Translations under genes and position numbers: made by a program | Part shown: positions 59,134 through 64,000 of the stretch, piece by piece | Position numbering within the stretch: the first letter of the stretch is position 1 | Layout of the letters: every line of letters starts with the position of its first letter | Assembly (NCBI GenBank): GCA_963806035.1 | Contig: CAWDWO010000028.1 | Span: forward strand, 20,403 to 84,402 | Length of the DNA: 64,000 nucleotides | Source: Candidatus Krumholzibacteriota bacterium | GTDB lineage: Bacteria; Krumholzibacteriota; Krumholzibacteriia; JAJRXK01 | Direction: 5' to 3' | Notes under the pieces: model-generated | Database searches by the model: none | Told to the model about the DNA's origin: nothing | The model's input: only the letters and a program-made list of their open reading frames with translations

Positions 59134-61836
59134 CTAGAGGCCTGCCACCTGGTTTAGATATTCGCGGACGGCCTTTCCCTCGCGCTCGCGCAGGCCGACA
59201 CAATCACCGACCGCCTCGGCGACTTTGGCCAGCTCCTTTTCCTGGCCCGCGACGTAGTGCGGACCGTCCTCCGCGAAGAAGAGCCGCGCCGCCTCGAGTC
59301 GATCGGCCGAACACCCTCCCGCGAAGTAGGGCATGTAGACCGCGAACATGGGCGGCATTTTCTTCATGAGCTCGTCGTAGTTGTCCGTCATCCAGTCCCA
59401 CAGAATCTTCGTGCTCTCCTCGTCGCCATTGCGGCCGATGCCCATGGGGATGGTGAAAATCTCCTGGGGTCGCAGATCTCCGTGCAGGCTGTAATAGAGC
59501 GCGTGCTGGATCATGGCCGGCTCGGTGAACCATCCCAGTCCGGCCAGAAAACGCGCTCGCTCAGCGGGTACCTTCGCCTCTTCGAAGCCCTTCTTGTATT
59601 TGTTGTAGAGCCGCCATCCCCCGTCCAGCGCCGCGATCTGCATGCACTGTCCCAGCACCGAGGGATCCGGAGTTCCTTGACCGTCGAGGTAGGCTTCGGT
59701 GACGGACTTGGCGTAGGCCACCACTTCTTCATCGTGGGCGTACTTGCCCAACCAACCGATGAGACTCGGGCGCAACAGAGCCGCGGCATCGCTCTCGCCC
59801 TTCTTGGGCCTCAAGCCGAAGCGCTCCCGCGCCGGGCCCAGCATCTTCGACACGTAGGCCGCGAAGGCATCCTCGAGCTCCGGCGTGACGAAGGCGACAC
59901 GGACCTTGGCCATGGCCCCGGTCATCGCGGAGATCACCTCGGGGCGCGGGTCGTCGGCCAGGTTGGCGATGACCTTCAAATAACTTCCCCCGTCGAGGCG
60001 GCCCGCGTCGAGCAGAGCGGAGACCTGTCCCACGAACGCGACACGTTCACGCGGATTCATGATCTCGACCGCATCTTTGGAGAGCCGGCTGAGAATCTGG
60101 GGATCCACGTCCCAGTGGTAGTAACCGCGCTCGTCGTCGTTGGGATGGATCCACTGCAGCTTTCCCTTGGTGGGAAGATCGAGGGTCTCGTCGCTCGAAC
60201 TCAGTAGGGTGCGCAGGGTACGAACTTGCTTGCCGTCGGAGTAGCGCAGAACCACGGGCAATTGCCAGCTCTGCGCCATCTTGTTGGAGCGCGCCCCATA
60301 GTTCGTGAAGCGCTCCTGGTGCAACGCGATCTTTCCGTCGCCCAGATCGTTCACGCTCAGAAGCGGCACCCCGGGCTGGTCGAGGAAGGTCGACATGGCG
60401 GTACCGACGTCGACGCCCGAAGCCTCGCTCATCGAGGACCAAAGATCGGCCGCAACCGCATTGCCCCAGGCGTTCTCCTTCACATAGGCCAAAATGGTCT
60501 TGCGGAAGAGATCCTCCCCCATCCAGTTTTCAAACATCCCCAACACCGCCATACCCTTCTGGTAGGTCAGTCCATCGGCGGCCTGCAGGAGTTGGACTTC
60601 GTTGGTCACCGGCTGACGGATCGCCCGCGCCGATTGCTGCGCGTCGGTCGCCATGGCTCCTTCCACTGCGCGCACGTTGGTCACCGCGATGCTGTACTCG
60701 GGGAAGACCTGGTCGGTGATCTTGTTGCCCAGCCAGGTCGCGAAGGACTCGTTCAACCAGAGATCGTCCCACCAATCCATGGTCACCTTGTCTCCGAACC
60801 ACATGTGAGCCATCTCGTGCGTCATGGTCGAGGCCATGCCACGCTTCTGGGCAATGGTGTCTTCCTTGGGATCCAGAAGCAGCACCGTCTCGCGGAAGGT
60901 GATGAAGCCCACGTTTTCCATGGCGCCCGCCCAGAACTCCGGCACCGCCACCAAATCGAGCTTGGCGTAGGGATAGGGTTCGTCGAAGTATTTCTCCAGG
61001 GCCTTCAACAGCGGCGGCGCCATGCGCACTGCCTCGCCCACCAGGCCCGACTTGCCCGCCACCGTGATCACACGCCCCGGCACGCCCAGCCCCGGAATGT
61101 CCGTGGTCTCCAGCGGACCCGCGGCCAGAGCCAGCAGGTAGGAGGGCATGGGCTTGGTGACCGCGAAGTTTACCGTGCGCCATCCGTCTTTCGTGCTCTC
61201 GTGTTCGATCGGCGTGTTGGCGAAAACCTTCTGCCCTTCGGGCACCGAGATCGTCATCTGCCAGGGAATCTTGAAGCTCGGCTCGTCGTAGCACGGGAAA
61301 GCCTGGCGCGCGTCGATGGCCTCGAATTGGGTGAAGAGATAGGCCTTGCCGTCAGTGACCAATCGGTAGAGACCGCGCGCGGTGGTATCGAACTCCTGCG
61401 CGAAATCGATGCTGAGCGTGTACTCCCCGGTCGGCTCCAGCGCGGCCGCCGCCTTGAAATCGACTCGCTTGTCGTCGCGCATCTTGTAGCTCACCGGGAT
61501 CATCCCCGTGGGGCCTTCCAGTTCGACCTTCTTGAACTCCATGTCCTCGGCGTGGAGCTGGAAGTGGTCGCGCTCCTGCTTGGGCTTGAGATGGATGCGT
61601 ACCGTGCCGGTGTAGCTCGTCTGCTCGGGATCCAGCCTGAGATCGATCTCCTCGAAGATGGGAGCGATCGTAGCGTCGAGGCGGATACTCGAGTCCGCCA
61701 CGGAGGAGGTCTGGGTGGAATCGCCCGGGGCAGGGGAGGCGCTCTCTTGCGCCGAAGTGACGCCGGCGCCGAAAACGAGGCAAAGCCCCAGCACGAAACA
61801 GAAAACCCGAGACCGGATCGCGGTGATGCTGAACAT
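59134..61836 (-). CDS. M1 family aminopeptidase with ERAP1-like C-terminal domain, exported
   Basis: Signal peptide; TQFE..DARQAFPCYDEP, GAMEN, HEMAHMWFGD, WLNESFA, YQKG; AGGAG RBS. Confidence 0.93.
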   Translation of the reverse strand: MFSITAIRSRVFCFVLGLCLVFGAGVTSAQESASPAPGDSTQTSSVADSSIRLDATIAPIFEEIDLRLDPEQTSYTGTVRIHLKPKQERDHFQLHAEDMEFKKVELEGPTGMIPVSYKMRDDKRVDFKAAAALEPTGEYTLSIDFAQEFDTTARGLYRLVTDGKAYLFTQFEAIDARQAFPCYDEPSFKIPWQMTISVPEGQKVFANTPIEHESTKDGWRTVNFAVTKPMPSYLLALAAGPLETTDIPGLGVPGRVITVAGKSGLVGEAVRMAPPLLKALEKYFDEPYPYAKLDLVAVPEFWAGAMENVGFITFRETVLLLDPKEDTIAQKRGMASTMTHEMAHMWFGDKVTMDWWDDLWLNESFATWLGNKITDQVFPEYSIAVTNVRAVEGAMATDAQQSARAIRQPVTNEVQLLQAADGLTYQKGMAVLGMFENWMGEDLFRKTILAYVKENAWGNAVAADLWSSMSEASGVDVGTAMSTFLDQPGVPLLSVNDLGDGKIALHQERFTNYGARSNKMAQSWQLPVVLRYSDGKQVRTLRTLLSSSDETLDLPTKGKLQWIHPNDDERGYYHWDVDPQILSRLSKDAVEIMNPRERVAFVGQVSALLDAGRLDGGSYLKVIANLADDPRPEVISAMTGAMAKVRVAFVTPELEDAFAAYVSKMLGPARERFGLRPKKGESDAAALLRPSLIGWLGKYAHDEEVVAYAKSVTEAYLDGQGTPDPSVLGQCMQIAALDGGWRLYNKYKKGFEEAKVPAERARFLAGLGWFTEPAMIQHALYYSLHGDLRPQEIFTIPMGIGRNGDEESTKILWDWMTDNYDELMKKMPPMFAVYMPYFAGGCSADRLEAARLFFAEDGPHYVAGQEKELAKVAEAVGDCVGLREREGKAVREYLNQVAGL

Positions 61837-62017
61837 CGAATGATCTCCTTGCAGAAAGCCGAGTCGAAGCCCGAAAATGACACTCCCGCCTACGATCTGA
61901 CGGAAGAGAAGGGTTGCATCCATTTCCGTCGCCCGCCCCCGGGCATCGAAGGACAGACACCGGCAGAGAATAGTCCAAGTTCGAACTCGACTCCAGAAAG
62001 GCAAGCGTCGAAGCGGA

Positions 62018-64000
62018 ATGAACCCCGAAATCAAGCCCCACGGAAGCTGGAAAAGTCCCATTTCACCCGAGAGGATCGCGGCGGGCTCGTTGGGTCTCTC
62101 GCAGCTGCAGGTAGCGCGCGAGCGCGTCTACTGGACGGAGACCCGGCCGAAGGAATCCGGGCGCGTGGCCCTGGTCTCCGCCGCTATCGAAGGCGGCGCC
62201 CCGCGCGAGGAGATTCCCGCGTCGATGTGCGCGCGCAACCGGGTGAACGAGTACGGCAGCGGCACCTACTGCGTGGGCCAAGGCGCGCTGTGGTTCACCA
62301 ACCTCGACGACCAAAGACTCTATCGTGTCGCACAAGACGGAAGCTGCGCTCCCATCACTCCCGCGGTGAGCGAAGATCATCGCTACAGCGACCCCCAACT
62401 CTCCCGTGATGAAAGATGGATCGTGTGCCAGCGGGAGCGGCACCTTCCCCGCGACCTGCGGCGCGCGGCTCTGCCGTCGGAGGTCTTCAACGAACTCGTT
62501 CTCATCCCGGCCGACGGCACTTCGGTTCCCGTGGTCATCGCCTCGGGCTGCGATTTCTACGGCACCGCGTGCTTTCGTCCCGACGGGAAGGCCCTGGCGT
62601 GGCTGCAGTGGAACCATCCCAACATGCCCTGGGACGGCTCGGAACTCTTCGTGGCCGAATTAGCTGATGATGGTTCGCTGGAAAATCCGCGGCGCGTCGC
62701 GGGCGGACCCACGGTCAGTGTCGTGCAGCCCTCGTGGTCACACGACGGTCTCCTTCACTTCGTGAGCGACAAGACCGGTTGGTGGAATCTGTACCGCCTC
62801 GTGCAGGGGAAAGCGCAGAACCTCTGTCCCATGCATGCGGAATTCGGTTCCCCGTCCTGGGCCTTCTGGTACTCGATGCACGCGCATCTCGAGGATGGAC
62901 GCATCGCCTGCATCTACCTCGAGAAAGGAGAAGAACGACTCGGCCTGCTCGATCCGAAGCAGCAGCACATGGAACCTCTCGAGCTCTCTCTGAGTTGTTT
63001 CGGTCAGGGCGGCGAGCTGAGGAGCGACGGCGTCGACCGGCTCTTCTTTCTGGGAGGATCTCCCACGCAGCCCACAGCGGTGTATTCCCTGGCCCTGAAC
63101 GGCACAAGTTCGTCGGCCACGAGCGGCCGCGCGCCGCAGCGCATCTATCAACCGGACACGGAAGCAATCGACGAGCGCTATCTTTCGCGGCCGCGCGCCA
63201 TCTCCTTTCCCGCCGCGCCCTTCGCCGGCAAGACCAGTGTCGCCAGTGGCGAGAGCCAGGAGGGCCTGGGGACGGCGCGCACGCGGGCGATCTCGCGCAG
63301 GGCCCATGCTTTTTACTATCCGCCGAAAAACGACGACTTCCGCGCGCCAGAGGGAGAGCGGCCGCCGCTGATCGTCATGTGCCACGGAGGTCCGACGGGG
63401 GCGACCAACACGGGCTTGCAGCTCAAGGTGCAGTTCTGGACCAGCCGCGGCTTCGCGGTGGTGGACGTGAACTATCGCGGCAGCACCGGCTACGGACGCG
63501 ACTACCGCGAAGCGATCAACGGCAACAGTGGCCTGGTGGAACCGCGCGATTGCGAGGCAGCGGCGCGTTACCTGGCGAAGGAAGGACTGGTCGATGAGAC
63601 GCGCATGGCTGTGCGCGGAGGAAGCGCCGGCGGATACGTGGTGCTGTGCTGCGCCACCTTTCCTTCTTCCGCGGGGCTGCAGGATCCTATGGTGATGCCC
63701 ACCCCCGGTAGCTCCTGCTTCAGCGCGGGAACCTCCCTGTATGGCATCGGCGATCTGGAAGCCCTGCTGCGCGACACCCACAAATTCGAATCGCAGTATC
63801 CCTACACGCTCATCGCGCCCTACCCGCAGAAGAAGGAGGTGTACCGCGCGCGTTCGCCCTTGCACTTCGTCGCGCGCGCCGCATTTCCTCTCTTCTTGAT
63901 GCAGGGACTGAACGATCCGGTGGTGCCGCCCAATCAGGCCGAGGGGATGGCGCAGGCCCTGCGCGCGGCCGGATTACCCTTCGCCTATCTGCCTTTTCCG
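62018..64000 (+). CDS. S9 family (prolyl oligopeptidase / dipeptidyl aminopeptidase-like) serine peptidase, truncated by window end
   Basis: Manual translation MNPEIKPHGSWKSPIS...WLQWNHPNMPWD...PPLIVMCHGGPT...DVNYRGSTGYGR...RGGSAGGY...QG..D.VVPP.QA; the GGSAGG motif is in the same frame as ATG 62018. Absent from ORF track, consistent with no stop inside the window. Confidence 0.9.
   Translation, partial: MNPEIKPHGSWKSPISPERIAAGSLGLSQLQVARERVYWTETRPKESGRVALVSAAIEGGAPREEIPASMCARNRVNEYGSGTYCVGQGALWFTNLDDQRLYRVAQDGSCAPITPAVSEDHRYSDPQLSRDERWIVCQRERHLPRDLRRAALPSEVFNELVLIPADGTSVPVVIASGCDFYGTACFRPDGKALAWLQWNHPNMPWDGSELFVAELADDGSLENPRRVAGGPTVSVVQPSWSHDGLLHFVSDKTGWWNLYRLVQGKAQNLCPMHAEFGSPSWAFWYSMHAHLEDGRIACIYLEKGEERLGLLDPKQQHMEPLELSLSCFGQGGELRSDGVDRLFFLGGSPTQPTAVYSLALNGTSSSATSGRAPQRIYQPDTEAIDERYLSRPRAISFPAAPFAGKTSVASGESQEGLGTARTRAISRRAHAFYYPPKNDDFRAPEGERPPLIVMCHGGPTGATNTGLQLKVQFWTSRGFAVVDVNYRGSTGYGRDYREAINGNSGLVEPRDCEAAARYLAKEGLVDETRMAVRGGSAGGYVVLCCATFPSSAGLQDPMVMPTPGSSCFSAGTSLYGIGDLEALLRDTHKFESQYPYTLIAPYPQKKEVYRARSPLHFVARAAFPLFLMQGLNDPVVPPNQAEGMAQALRAAGLPFAYLPFP

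Overview
GC-rich bacterial chromosomal window, densely coding, with no CRISPR array, rRNA, tRNA or recognisable mobile element. It carries a Thauera-type anaerobic benzoyl-CoA pathway operon (had-oah-dch-bcrCBAD-SDR), oxyR/dps, thiC, yitJ, ftcD, glpD, four peptidases and several secreted proteins. The C-termini of those secreted proteins (FlgD-Ig-like CTD, 'WGxLK' tails) suggest, by inference only, an FCB-group lineage such as Krumholzibacteriota, Eisenbacteria or Latescibacterota. Elements absent from the ORF track: a CxxU Rdx/SelW-like selenoprotein with a SECIS-like hairpin (40210-40437), a ~200-nt rod-shaped ncRNA candidate resembling 6S RNA (3489-3690), a structured ~200-nt leader or sRNA upstream of a TrmB regulator, and partial glgC and S9 peptidase genes at the window edges. 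The best candidate for an undescribed system is a translationally coupled operon of an OlsB-like N-acyltransferase, an OlsA/PlsC-like acyltransferase and a triple fusion of alpha/beta-hydrolase, DedA and ATP-grasp domains (40639-44914), a possible amino-acid or dipeptide lipid synthesis, flipping and remodelling pathway. All family calls come from motif recognition; no database searches were run.
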